64,000 nucleotides of DNA from NCBI GenBank assembly GCA_965644265.1, contig OZ286469.1, positions 64,728,001-64,792,000 of the forward strand. The letters are read 5' to 3'. This DNA comes from Glycera tridactyla (lineage: Eukaryota). The notes under the pieces are model-generated. The model searched no databases. It was not told the origin of the DNA and worked only from the letters and a program-made list of their open reading frames with translations. Positions 39,301 through 52,048 of this stretch are shown in pieces. Within the stretch, counting starts at the first letter, position 1; every line of letters begins with the position of its first letter. Made by a program: the position numbers and the translations under genes.

Positions 39301-40032
39301 AGCACCCAGCTGCGCGCATACACACCCACATACACATACACAAACTCACACTCATACACAAACTCACACTCATACTCACACATACACACATGCCCCCCTC
39401 TCTCTCACACACACATGCACACACAAACACACACGCGTACATCCAAACACATACACAAGCTCACACATACACAAATGCTCTCTCTCTCTCACACACACAC
39501 ATACACACACACAAGCAGGAGCAATATGTGGGCATTAGGACCACCCTCCGATTACTATGACAACATATGCCCTATGGCTAAATGATGGGCCTCTATCTAG
39601 CATCTTATTCTGCACATAACTGTCAGCATCGGCTCACACACCAGCCTGCCCTGCGGTGCTCATCAGCCTTATTACAACCACTTACTCACACTCCAACACC
39701 ACCACTTTCACACCGAACAATCATCTCATCTGCAAGAATAGCACCAAGCCCCACTTCAAACCGCAATCTGGAGCACTGTTCCACTAGGTATGAGGTCCCA
39801 AACCGGTCCTTTATTGGGGTTACACACAGGGTGTCTAATGCCACTACTAGGCGAGAACTGAGAAGTGTGAGCAGGTTAAGGTAGGGTGTTGAGCAAGCTA
39901 GAAATGTCTAGAGAATGTTGACATGCCAGAGGAATAAGTAACAATCCTATCTCCTTTCTAGAGAAAAGAACCATATAGGTCATGGACATAACAACAAATC
40001 ACGGCATTTTTGTACATTGCCCTTCTCCAGTC

Positions 40033-40245
40033 ATATAGCAAGAATATATGGCCGTGAAGTAAAAACGCAATACCAATCCGAGTTTGGTATTGTGTTTTTA
40101 CTTCACGGCCATATATTCTTGCTTCTATCGAATGGATTAGGGGAGAAATCGACAGAAAGTAGTCCTCATTCAGCTGTGAAGTATCACACGCAATACTCAA
40201 CACCTGATACTCCACTGAAAATGCCACATCCATGTGATATACACA
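40033..40245. mobile_element. Palindromic repeat family E, copy 1 (40-bp stem, 7-nt loop)
   Basis: Arms at 40037-40076 and 40084-40123 with one mismatch. The 3' extension (GGATTAGG.GAGAAATC...CGCAATACTCAACAC...CTGAAAATG...CATCCATGTGATA) is shared with the 58646 copy. Confidence 0.85.
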
Positions 40246-41635
40246 GAAAATTCTACCTTCAATCTTTAGTAGCAAGGATGTCAATGCCGAAATGGCTAGC
40301 ATGATTATGGGCCCTATTTTTCAGACAGAGTAATCTAAGTTTTGGATGCCAAGGATGCAACTATCAAAAACGCTAGAATGATCACAATTTACGAGAACTT
40401 CTGAGTGGCATGAGGATGAGGAAATGAAGAAGGAGTCTTGCCTAGAGGTATATATTAGACTGTAAGACTGTAACCAGGCGCATACAAAGGATGGGTGCAG
40501 ACCAAGAAATGGTGCAGCCCGCCTGAAAGCCAATATCAGTAAGTATGACGGAAATATCAGCATGTCATAAGATCGCGAGCGGCCGATGTCGCCCGCTGTT
40601 GACACAAACGGCGAATCAACAATGTACATTGTCAATGGTTTGACGGGCAAGCTAGGGGCAAGTCGGGCACTATTGTGGGTACACCCGAACAAATGTGGAA
40701 TATCGGCGGCAGCCCGGCCACAACCCAATGACTTCAGCTCGGCGCTCTCTATTACAACGGCCTTAATGAAAAACTGCTTGCCTTCGCTCGACAATGATCG
40801 TCATCCGTCATGAAAATTATTAACTGATCTAAGATCAATATTAATTCTGTTTCTTAACAACATCAACCACTTCTCCTGATGCCAGGCGACATGTGAGGGG
40901 TGGAATAGTCCATGTTGATGCTACAAATGATAGGATGAGAATAACTCAAAATGTGGACATTTCTGGCTTCATAAGAGAGGACCATGATACCATCATTCAC
41001 TTTTCTCAAGAAACCTATCAAGGTAAGGGTTAAGAATGAAGATCACTGGAGTCAGCATCGGTGGTTTTTCATGAATGGCGACAGATTTAGACAGAATCGT
41101 ATTTGTAGTCAGAATTGGAAGTCTATACAGGTGAATTTCGGGATTTTTGAAGTGCTCATGCCCCCTACATTTTCAGAGGAAGACACTCATGATTTATATC
41201 AAAAATACCCATCAGAAGCATTTCGAACCAGAGCAATTTGAGCAGGTTAATTGGTTCATTGATTGGAGTAATCCTACCTTGATATATACATACATAGGCT
41301 AAGCATTGTAGGAATTAATGTGATGCAAGGAATATTGCTGCCAATGATATTAGTGATAATTACTGTCACTCAAAAAACCTTTATGATCGGCATCTGTTTT
41401 TCTCTGACTCAATGTTTCATAAATACTTAACCAGCTATTGATCCAACCCCACCTCCAAAAGCTATTCAGGCATCACTCCATAGTGTACTGATGTCAATGA
41501 GATAAAGCAACATTTTGGGAATTGAAATTTCTGAAACCACCCCATACAGTCTCAGCGAGTGATACCATGCCACTGTGCAATTTGCATGTTTTTATTCATT
41601 TTTATCATCAGTTTCTTCTTCAATTTTCATGTTTA

Positions 41636-41890
41636 TCAGACAATAAGAGATCTGGAAAACATTCGAATGGGTGTCCCTCGAAACCTGGAGATGTGTTGAA
41701 GAGTATCAATAGAGGTAACTAGACCTGCGATGACAATTCTTGGACAATTCGCGAGCATGCAAAGTGAGATGGTTTGTTGGTTCGGTCTATTCAGAACAGC
41801 TGTTATGTGATCCCCGATGTATTTTAGTGCCTCATTTATAGACGACGAGGGCGAAGGAGTGGGGACAAAGATGGACGTGTAGCGAGGAAT
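41636..41890 (-). pseudogene. Possible highly decayed L2/CR1-type reverse-transcriptase fragment
   Basis: TSIFVP...SINEALKYIGDHITAVLNRPNQQTISL...DTLQHISRFRGTPIRMFSRSL loosely follows the LINE RT pattern QSGFRP..STETALLKV.NDIL..LD....LVLLDLS.AFD....L.RL...G..G..L.WF.SYL. ELSK appears in an alternate frame where DLSK is expected. Matched by eye only. Confidence 0.3.
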
Positions 41891-43251
41891 AATGCAGACT
41901 AGAGGTGATGAATGGAGTGCGGGGAGTGAGACAGAGGCTGCGGGGAGTGAGACAGAGGCGGCGTTAATCAAGGCCATGTAGCCTGCATAATGCAGGCCTG
42001 ACATGGTCAGCTGAGCTGCGCCAGATAATGTCCAAAACAATAGCTGCACGTCACTGATGCCCACCACCACCTCCACCATGCAAGAACCCCCANNNNNNNN
42101 NNNNNNNNNNNNNNNNNNNNNNNNNNNNNNNNNNNNNNNNNNNNNNNNNNNNNNNNNNNNNNNNNNNNNNNNNNNNNNNNNNNNNNNNNNNNNNNNNNNN
42201 NNNNNNNNNNNNNNNNNNNNNNNNNNNNNNNNNNNNNNNNNNNNNNNNNNNNNNNNNNNNNNNNNNNNNNNNNNNNNNNNNNNNNNNNNNNNNNNNNNNN
42301 NNNNNNNNNNNNNNNNNNNNNNNNNNNNNNNNNNNNNNNNNNNNNNNNNNNNNNNNNNNNNNNNNNNNNNNNNNNNNNNNNNNNNNNNNNNNNNNNNNNN
42401 NNNNNNNNNNNNNNNNNNNNNNNNNNNNNNNNNNNNNNNNNNNNNNNNNNNNNNNNNNNNNNNNNNNNNNNNNNNNNNNNNNNNNNNNNNNNNNNNNNNN
42501 NNNNNNNNNNNNNNNNNNNNNNNNNNNNNNNNNNNNNNNNNNNNNNNNNNNNNNNNTGTAGAATATAAACCTCAAATGGCTTTGGAGGGATGCCAACAGA
42601 GAATATTAAATAAAGTATGACTACCACACTTCCAGTGTGAATAATTTCCAACGCCTGTTCCACATAAGGCTGATGGGGTATAGAATACAGATAGTAATAC
42701 TTTGCATGGATTTTTTCTGCATTATAGCTACTTGAGCAGAAAGACTGCAGGAAATTCCTGGCTTTGTTAGCATGCTGTGGGCCCCGTCTCTTGGAGGCCA
42801 GACCTATAGTTTACTGGGAGGCGGCATCCTATTCATCAAGAGGCAGCAAGAAAGCTAACCAGCCAATTAGTGATTTTCAACTTGGCTGCATACCCCAAGT
42901 GCAGTCACCAATCATGGTGACTAGAAACTATGGCCCCTACTCCTCCCCCCTCAAGCCCACACCACTTCTCTATTCTCTATTCTTTCATCAAAAAGACACA
43001 TGGGAGCATTTCTAATCACATGAAATCTTCTCACAAGGATCCTACATGAGCATGTATCCAAGTATCAAGTATTTGATTGGGTCTTATTGCGCCTATCATA
43101 AGTTTTTTGACCCATGTTAATACCAACTACAGCCAGAAAAGGATAGAGAATGACATAAAACAATCAAATTGGCAGATTATCAAGCCATCTACATATACTG
43201 TCCTATCTTCAATGATAATATTCCAATTTTCATGATCTGACAATCGAAATA

Positions 43252-43411
43252 CAGTGAAACCTCTCTTGGGTGACCACCCCAAATGCCAACCAGAAGTGGT
43301 CTCTCAAGAGAGGTGGTCTCTCACTGGGGGTATTTTTGACTATGCCAAACAGAATTGAACCGATGAAAAGCAGTCTCTCAAAAGAGGGGTCTCTCGAAAG
43401 AGGTTTCACTG
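43252..43411. mobile_element. MITE family B-related copy
   Basis: TA|CAGTGAAACCTCT...AGAGGTTTCACTG|TA. Confidence 0.85.
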
Positions 43412-43518
43412 TATTCAGCCCACCTTTTGTAGGTGTGAGAAATAAAACAAGTAGCTAAAATGGAAACATGCAAACTTATCTGAAGCTTGTAGTATAATTC
43501 TCCTTTTATGACATTGAA

Positions 43519-43550
43519 AACTTACCTACAACAGAAGAAACAAATAATTT
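43519..43550 (-). other. Candidate recursive splice site (junction 43525/43526)
   Basis: Minus strand: aaattatttgtttcttctgttgtag|gtaagttttc. Confidence 0.72.
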
Positions 43551-43673
43551 TAGATTACAATATCGAACATTCGTAACTCAAGTATTGAAAATACAACATT
43601 GCAACTTGCGATGATATGAATACTGTACTGACGCCAACTGAAAGTGGTCTCCTGTGGTCATCCAAAAGAGTTA

Positions 43674-43836
43674 CAGTCGAACCTTCTCTAAAGACCTCCT
43701 CTCTATGAAGGTCACCCTGAGCTGCGACCGGGGTAGTATTTTACACAGTAAATTACCCCTCTATAAAGATCACCTCCCTATAAAGGCCACTTTCTTTTAT
43801 GTGATCCAAGGTGGTCTTTATAGAGAGGTTCGACTG
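43674..43836. mobile_element. MITE family A, copy 3
   Basis: TA|CAGTCGAACCT...AGGTTCGACTG|TA; internal GAGCTGCGACCG.GGTAGTATTTT. Confidence 0.85.
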
Positions 43837-46800
43837 TATCTCTCACTGGAGATGTAGTCGAGTAAATCAGAAAAAAGCGCTTCACAAATGAATGAAGAGA
43901 ATTAACAAATCTAGTTATCACCAAACCTAGCTCGTCAGATTTGACTATACCATGGAATAAGATGAGAGACTCTCGGAGAGACTGTTCCTGACTGAAGAAC
44001 ACTCTTTTGGAGTCCCTAGCATATTGCAACTTTGCCAGGAAGCCATCTATTTTGCAATAAAAAGCCTTTTCTTTTATCCTTCAGTCAATCTCCTACTGTG
44101 GGTGTAACTAGGTTTACATATTTGAAATGAGAAATTACAATCAGCGGGTCAGTAGGCCAGACATGCTTTCCTAATATCAGATTATTTGCAATTTATGATG
44201 ATGTACGATAACCTCCATTCGGCGTGTTTACCATCGTGTATTCAATCATCGCATCTCTTGCCATCTGCTTATGGAGGCATTCCCGGTCGATGATGCACAA
44301 TTAAATACCGAAACCATGCCACAATCATCAGCACATCTACACTAAATCTCAAAATGAGGCAAATTAATGTGCGTCGTTCGGCAGCATTTATTGCAACTAA
44401 ATGGAGCAATCGGCACTAGACTGCATTAATAAAGTGTATCTGACTCGCAAAAGCGGCTGCGCATGGCGAGCGAAATGGGCATGGTCTGACGCAATAATGA
44501 GCAGGCCGGCCAAATGTGCCACACCAGAATGAAAGCAAAGTTATGGACACTATTCTTGGCATCATGACCAAATTAGGGTGCCGTTACCGGGGACATGACC
44601 ATCGTTGCTTAGCATGTGACCACCGTTACCAAGCACCTGACTCTGTTACCGGGCAATGCCGTCTAGCATGTGATCACTCCAACCAGGTGTTCTTTTTGCT
44701 CGCAGGATAATTTGTCAATATTCATTCCTCCAATATCATTTTTGATTCATTCTTCCAGTATCATATTTCATACAAGAATACCAACACACATTTTTTAAGA
44801 GATTGACTATTGTGATATAGTCACCCCTTTTTGGTGGGCAGACATTGCGAGCCACCATATTATGATGATGGCACACTTAATAGAAATATTAGAAAAACTA
44901 GTGTACTGGAGATCAGAAATCAAGGGAAAAATTGATATAATCAGTGTAGAATGTCCCTACGGCCAAAGATGCTATTCTGTGAGAGTGGCCTTGTACTGCT
45001 CTGATTACAGCATGTTAACCTGATCACATGCTACTAAAGCAGTACCAATACTAACCTGTTAGTATCATGAAATACAAATTATTCAAGTTGCTCTGATTAG
45101 ATCTTATGAACTACTCATCCTATACTTTCAACCAGAATACAGCAGGGACATGTATGGAGTCAAATGACACAGAGTCAATCCAATGACATCGTAAAACACT
45201 ATCTTACTGGGAAAGTTAAGCATCTCTTATTACCAGGAAGCTCACATGGATAACCCCAGCCATTCTGCTTCACGTCAACTGAGACTAATTTCATGGTGTT
45301 GGAACATTTCCAGTGAAAGATAGTCGATACATCGACCTCTCCGTTCTGGCGCTGAATCCCACACAACCACCTGCTCCACATCGAGTATTACGACTTTGTC
45401 CATTCTATACAATAAGACACTGCCATTAGTGAATCTGAAATGTTGTACTGAATGCGCGCATGCGTATGTGGGCAAAGCTCTGTCAGGAGATGGACCCCAG
45501 AACCGTCCACAATCATTCAAATTTTATGAAAGTGGTCACACAGCATTGGAAATTTGGACCAAGCCTGTGATTCAGACCTGGCTTGCTAATACTGTTCTTA
45601 AGCACAAATCACCGTCTTTGATGAATGGATGATAGGTGTGTAACACCGCAAGAAAGAATCAATCAATCAAGACTCTAAAAAGCAGGCATTTATTCTTGCC
45701 TTTTTGGCCCAATATTTCTCACCATGGGCCAGCGGGCCCGGCAGTCTCATCTCTTTTACCCATGGATGAATAGGCAGTGGCCCATTATCCTACTTTATAG
45801 GCCATAGGGGCCCACTCCCCTGTGAGAAAATCCCGAGGCATGATACATGTATAAGGAAACCTGAACTGCACCATAGCACTTGGCAAAAGAGATTTTCATT
45901 TCGCAATCGTAAAAGTTGAAAGTGCGTAGAATGAATGATTTTGTAGAATCTATGTGAATATTGCAGACTTGGACTATAACCATGTTACTATGACTGATAT
46001 ATTGATTGGAAGGCAGCAGCAATGACGAATTCACGGAGGAAGAGGGTTCTCTGATCACAATGAATTCAATGTCATCAAATTTCAATCATTTAGAATTTCA
46101 CAAGTGCAAATCAAATAGCAGCAATGCCTGGATTGTAATTGCTCATATTGATTGGATGACCCGCTGTTCGACAGACGGTGCTAGTCTAAACCGCCACGAT
46201 GTTGCCTGCCGTTCAGACGACAAAATGCCATGATGTTGGTGATAATCCTGCACATCTAAATGTGAGCTGAGAAAACCACAAAAAAAGGATGAAATCGATG
46301 ATGAAGTCACCGTAAGTTTAGAATTTCATTTTAATCGTCAGGAGAATTGACTACATGACAACATTTAATCGTCACTTGTAGCTGTTAATGTGATCATACT
46401 TGGGAGACTGCAGGCATAATGCATTTAATTGTCCAATAATTGTCACCAGTGAGCATCGTTGTTTACAAAGCCCTGGAAAGCAGACCACATGATGGGTGGC
46501 ACGCAGAGCAGAAAAAGAAAGATGTACAGAATGCACCCTTCCCTTCACCAGTCTCTCTCTCTCTCGCTCTCCCTGCGTTTGTGGACCATGCACTAGAAAT
46601 ACCTTGGGTCATAACACAAAAAGATGGGCCATCAGCCATTCATTATTGGGGCTTGAACTGAACTGGTTGGTTGGATGATTGGTTGGAGGTTGAGGGCATC
46701 TATCAAACCATTTGATTCTGTATGCTGTGCAATCAAGATCTACAAGGACTAGATGCTTTATTTCAAATTGTGAGGAGTGTTTAGATCTAACGATCCATAT

Positions 46801-47801
46801 CATCCAAGAAGAGGAAAACTCAAAATGGAATATTTTACACTGCTTGTAGCTGAGATAATCTCTCAGAGAAAATAACCAATGTAATACATTTTTACACAAG
46901 TCATTTCTACTTGGAAACTAATAGAAGGATGATAAGTTTTTTCCTAAATTAGATGATATACACCCAAAAAATGATGTTGTATGGGTGAAGGGGAATGGAA
47001 GGCAGACACCCAACAATGAAAAAGTCCCAGAGTACAAGGATGAACAGGAAGACTATAAGCATGTAGCGAAGAAAGAGTTTCAGATCTGAGCTTGAAGTAA
47101 AATGATTCATGTTCTGCACGGTTGATCACAGCGAGTTGACACGATTATAAATTTGACTAAGATAGATGAATAATGAAACATGGACTTCACCGGCACTTGC
47201 ACTTCCCGTTGTGCAGGAATTGTGGCGTTGTCAGTCAGACTGGCTTGACAAGGGCCGTCTCTGGCGTAGTTATGGTAATCCGCGGGCGCATAATATGCTG
47301 ATTTATAACGCTTATTATCATGAGTCATGACGACCTATATACCAGACCGGATAATCCCTATTACACAAAACAGATGAACCTACTGTGAAATGTATTAAGC
47401 ATAATCCAGAGGACATTTCCATGGAAACATTTAGGCGGGTGATTTTTTGATTGCCTAACATCGTCAGTGACTGCCATTTTGGAGACGTTTTATAGAGTCT
47501 GGAGGGTTGTTTATAGCAGGTCTGACGAGGCCTATGAAGCTACTGGGGCGCCTGTATAGCTCAAATATGAAATAATGGCAGCATTCAAGCTGATTACCAA
47601 GTGGATGGTCAACAATTGCTGTCATGTCAATGGTAATCTGGCCTCAATTCGCATTCCCAGATCGTGTTCCACATTCCCAGATCTCTCAACCATCACCAGG
47701 CCAAGAACAGCAACCAATTAACATCCACGCATGCGCAAGGATAGACCCTCTTTGGATATTACAGCTAGGCCCACACCTCAATCAACCAATCAATCAATCA
47801 A

Positions 47802-47975
47802 CTGGGATGCCAACCTGTCAAGAATAGTACTGTTGCCAATTTCAAAGTGTAGAAGCGCCAGTATTTGCAATAGAAAAATGAGAAATATCTCAATCTTGCA
47901 GAATATTGTCACTCCTAGAATGCTGGCCTCAAGAGAGTTGCTACTACTCCTAAATTGTAGTGGTTGGTTAACTTG
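47802..47975. mobile_element. MITE family D, copy 4
   Basis: CTGGGATGCCAACC...AGCGCCAGTATTTGCAAT...CTACTCCTAAATTGTAGTGGTTGG. Confidence 0.7.
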
Positions 47976-48750
47976 GATAAGTCATGAAAATGTTTTATGC
48001 ATTCATTTCTAAGACCCATATCTGAATCATTCAATCAATCATTTAATCAATCAATTGGTCAGCATCATCACTTACTTTCTGGCACCCAGTAATGAATTGA
48101 TTTCCAGTCTACTGGTCAAATCCATCAGCTTATGACCTGATGATAAAACCTAATGACAATGAGTTTCATCATCATCTTGAACATTTCCAAAAGACACAGC
48201 CACATGCTGAGTGAATAGAGTGTGAAATATTACAAAGAACATGAAGGATCCAATCCAATTATAACATATGGCTGGGGAAACCCCGGTTCAATAAACCCCA
48301 AATGAGCATCTACTCGATGAGGCCTCAACAGGAATTCCAGGAACTCATGTTAATCCCTCCCTTATGCCACATATATATTCCCTCAATATGGATAAGGACC
48401 ATCAAGTGACCTTGTAATTATGGTGAAGTTTTAATTCCAAGATTGAGATACATGACTCGCTTGCTCTTTTAATCTGTCCGCAGAAGACAATCTAATCTAC
48501 ACACGCATTAGCATACCTAATCCAATTTGCATACAAAATTGAATTTTAGGGTGAATGTTTACATGCATGACATATATGCGATCAAAGGTGCTTCAGCAAT
48601 CAGGTCACGAATTGAGGTCAATGAGGGTCAGACCACTAACAGTCATTACCTGCGATGAGGTGACACAAATTTGCTTTTCTCTCTCGACAGGTTAGCATAA
48701 AGTACCACACGCAACCTCCTGACTGAACAGTTGCTCTATATCCTGGAAAT

Positions 48751-48900
48751 GATTGATTGATTGATTGATTGGAGTTTAACATCATGTATCAACCCATTGA
48801 ATTATGTATGCCATGTGTTCCTGATTCTCTGCTCCTGGCAAGCCTCACTCTCACAAACCCTGAGCCAAAGATGATAAGGAACCAGAAATCATCGCATGGG
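48751..48900 (-). mobile_element. Family C 3' end with (CAAT)n tail
   Basis: Minus strand ends ...GGGTTGATACATGATGTTAAACTCCAATCAATCAATC. Confidence 0.7.
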
Positions 48901-49009
48901 CAACTTCAGCAAGCGATGACTGCAGAAATTCTAAAATTTGCAATGAACATTCCTGCCGAACGGCGCAAATCAATTTGCCTCATTTGGAGATTTAGTTTAG
49001 GTCTGAATG

Positions 49010-49199
49010 CAGAGATGGCAACCTATGATGGACCAAAATAGTAGAGGTGCCATTTTCAAAGAGTAGTAGTGTCAGTACTAGCAAATGCAATTGAATGAGA
49101 AAAATCTTGTTTTTGTAAATTACCATCGGACGTAAATGAAAGAATTTTTGCCCGAAAAGAATACTTACTACCCCAAAATCATGGCGGTCAACACCCTTG
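49010..49199. mobile_element. MITE family D, copy 5
   Basis: CAGAGATGGCAACC...TTTCAAAGAGTAGTAGTGTCAGTA...CTACCCCAAAATC. Confidence 0.65.
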
Positions 49200-51635
49200 C
49201 AAATGACGGACAGTCCAAATCAATTCATATATCAGTACATGAACTTCAGAAATTATGCTTGAATTCAGCATTATAAAAATCAAATACATGATTTTTGAAT
49301 GGAAGGCAACTGGGTCATCCTCTCATGATCAGTAATTAGCAGGAGCCAGAAATGAGACCCGACACAATCTACCACGACGTCTCGATCAATGAAAGCTTTT
49401 TTCGTCAGCATTTCACCGTATTCAGACAACAACTCTCTGCAAGGTAGGGCAGTTACCGTGCAGGTATTCAACTATATTATCCTGAAAGCATTGCTGAAGG
49501 TCTCTCCTTGCAAAACAACAAACATACCGTCATTGATGAAGCTGAACTGACTCGGTAGTGGGGCCATCTGGGCAGCTTTATCACCTGAGTTGCGCTAATA
49601 TCCCAGGAGGAAACCATGAAATATTTACATAATCGCTCGGCGGATTTATAGGGGATGGGCAGCCATCTTGTTGGCGGTTTAGGAAGGAAGTCGGTGATAT
49701 GAATGGGCCATTGTCGTTGAGGACGCGAACGGATGCCCTAGCCAATCCACCCACCACTAAATCTACCGTTAGAGCCATCATTACGCAGTTGGTAAATAGC
49801 TTTACACCCATGAAGGGAAGGGCAATGACTGGTTCGGTTAGTTGGTTGGTTCACATTTAATGCCATGGCTAGAAGAGGAGGATCTTTATAAAATATCTAC
49901 TAGGTGACTATATATGAGATATCACACCCGCCCATGTCATACAGGTACAATATTATCTGAATTACATACAACATGGTCTGTTCATAACAAGAAAACACCA
50001 ACCTTCATGGATTAGGAGCAGATTTTACTTGACACCAATTGGACTGAACTAATCAGGGAGTTCGAAACTTCAGTGTTACAAACAAAATGATCCCTATGTA
50101 ATATCCAATTGGTTTTATCAAATTAAAGATATTCTGGTATCATATTGAGAGTGTTTCCACGGAAACCAATGATTTTTGAGAAGAGAAGCGATCTGATAAC
50201 AACCTATAGATGGACTTCATCCAGTATCACTAATGAACAATTTGTGGAACATCCTTGGGTCAAAAGTTTTTTTACCATAAATCGTGAGTTGAATGGAGAA
50301 GATGCTTGATTTTCAATTGCTTTCATGAACTTGAAACGACCTGAAGGACACAGATCAGGGTCAGAGGTGGTGATGTATACAAAATCAGTTTTTTCATTTC
50401 AAGTTTGATTCCACATTTTTCGTTCTGATTGAGAATTCAGTGGCATTGATTGCAGTGGAGGAGTTGAAAATTTACAGAGTTTATGAGAACTATGCATTCA
50501 CTGCAATGGCAGCTTGCAGACATGTGTGTTCTACTAGGATTCGGAGATTTCGCACACTGTTGGTTCCACATAAAGAGAGCAGCGATGAGTACACGCACAA
50601 ACTATGAGCTGTCGTCAAGCAAATCTTTGGCAGCGCAGAGTGCATACACACGCGTATCATCTCAAATATCATCAAGTCAGATATTGACGACTCGTCTCCG
50701 AGTGCCATTGTTCGACCCAAATCACTTTCTCCGCTTACGCATATTTACCCATCATGCTCTTTTGGCGCAAAATTCACGGGGAAAATATGGAAAATTTGTG
50801 GCAAAGTGCGAAGTTGGCGAGCGGCTTTTAACAGTGAGCGATGGAAGTCAACATAGTGAATAATGAGACGCAAGTCAACAACGGGCTTTCAATGGCTGCC
50901 GTTATGCCATCACCGTTCCATCATCTGAAAGCTTCATCTTTGCTCTCGCCTGCTGCAGTGGTACACAGCGCCACAAAGAGCCTCTCCCCTTTGGATCATG
51001 TTACCCCACCACCGTGGTATTTACAAAACAAAATGAGCCTCTCATTCAAGACACAATCGTGATCAATTTTCAGCTCACGGATGCGAAAAAAAAAGTGCGC
51101 CCTCTTGATCGGAATATGACCTGAATAATGAATAAGCATAACTGGCTACTTGCGAGGCAATTGTTCCTCATTTACATATCTAATCACCAAATGGAGAGCA
51201 GATATGGGTCCCAATATAGAAGTAACTTACCTACATTTATGGCTCATTTGCATGTGAAATTGTGTAATAGGAGTCACCATATCCATCCGAAATAGCACAC
51301 TTATAGCACTCACAATAGTTCATTTGCATATCTAATTAGCTATTGGGCATATCTAATGACAGTAGGTGGGCTGATGGCGTGTGAGGATCGTGTAGTGTGT
51401 ATGTATGTATATTGACCCATCCTTTGGTATCCTGAATAACCCATCAATATCATTGATCTGTGGGATATAGGAGTTACAGGGACTGCCTCACTGAATGCAA
51501 GCACACCCGCAGACAGGAGCAGGTTGCTCGGACGAGCGCTTAACAAGAGCATCATCTGGTCTATAGGACACCCATGCAATGGGCATGGGTGGAATCATTC
51601 AAGATTCAACCTGGGTCTCACAACAGAAAATTCAT

Positions 51636-51803
51636 GAAATCCACAGACATTGATTGATTGTCTGTTGTTCAATGGCATGTACAGTATCAACCCAGAGGAT
51701 TATGTATGCTGAAATCCAGACACTTGCTTGCTTGATTGATTGATTGAAATTCAACAGCATGTATCAAGCGAGAGGGTTATATATGCCGAAATCCACAGAC
51801 ACT
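51636..51803 (-). repeat. Two tandem family C tails, each preceded by a GAAATCC(AC)AGACA motif
   Basis: GAAATCC(AC)AGACA occurs 3 times; (ATTG)n-TTCAA..GCATGTA..TCAA...AGAGG.TTAT.TATGC occurs twice. Confidence 0.65.
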
Positions 51804-52048
51804 CAATGTTTCATTTCTGATGGATAGGAGTGAGAAACTCTACCTGCCCAGAACCTGGCCAAAATACTTAAACTGCTTTTTCTAATCAAACTGCCCCTCT
51901 TGACTCCATCTTGGTCTCAGACTTGATCGTCGTTCATCTTTCACAGTACGACTTGAAACCAGAGACCCAATCAAGGGATCAATTTCTAATGGGCCACTGC
52001 TTATATCAGAAATCTTTTTGTTGTTAACTTTCTGAAATTCGAAAAATT

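Noticed and set aside
40321-40813. 157-aa minus-strand and 75-aa plus-strand ORFs in a GC-rich patch
   Set aside because: No recognisable domain, non-ATG start and no splice boundaries.
11619-42663. Long ORFs spanning X runs (e.g. 13749-14417, 20425-21015, 42007-42663)
   Set aside because: They are open only because N gaps hide stop codons.
4994-47530. Many further eroded A/B-like MITE fragments (~4994, 16960, 26245, 27840, 28090, 32397, 34900, 47440)
   Set aside because: They share AGACCAC/GTGGTCT motifs, but the boundaries are too degraded to call individually.
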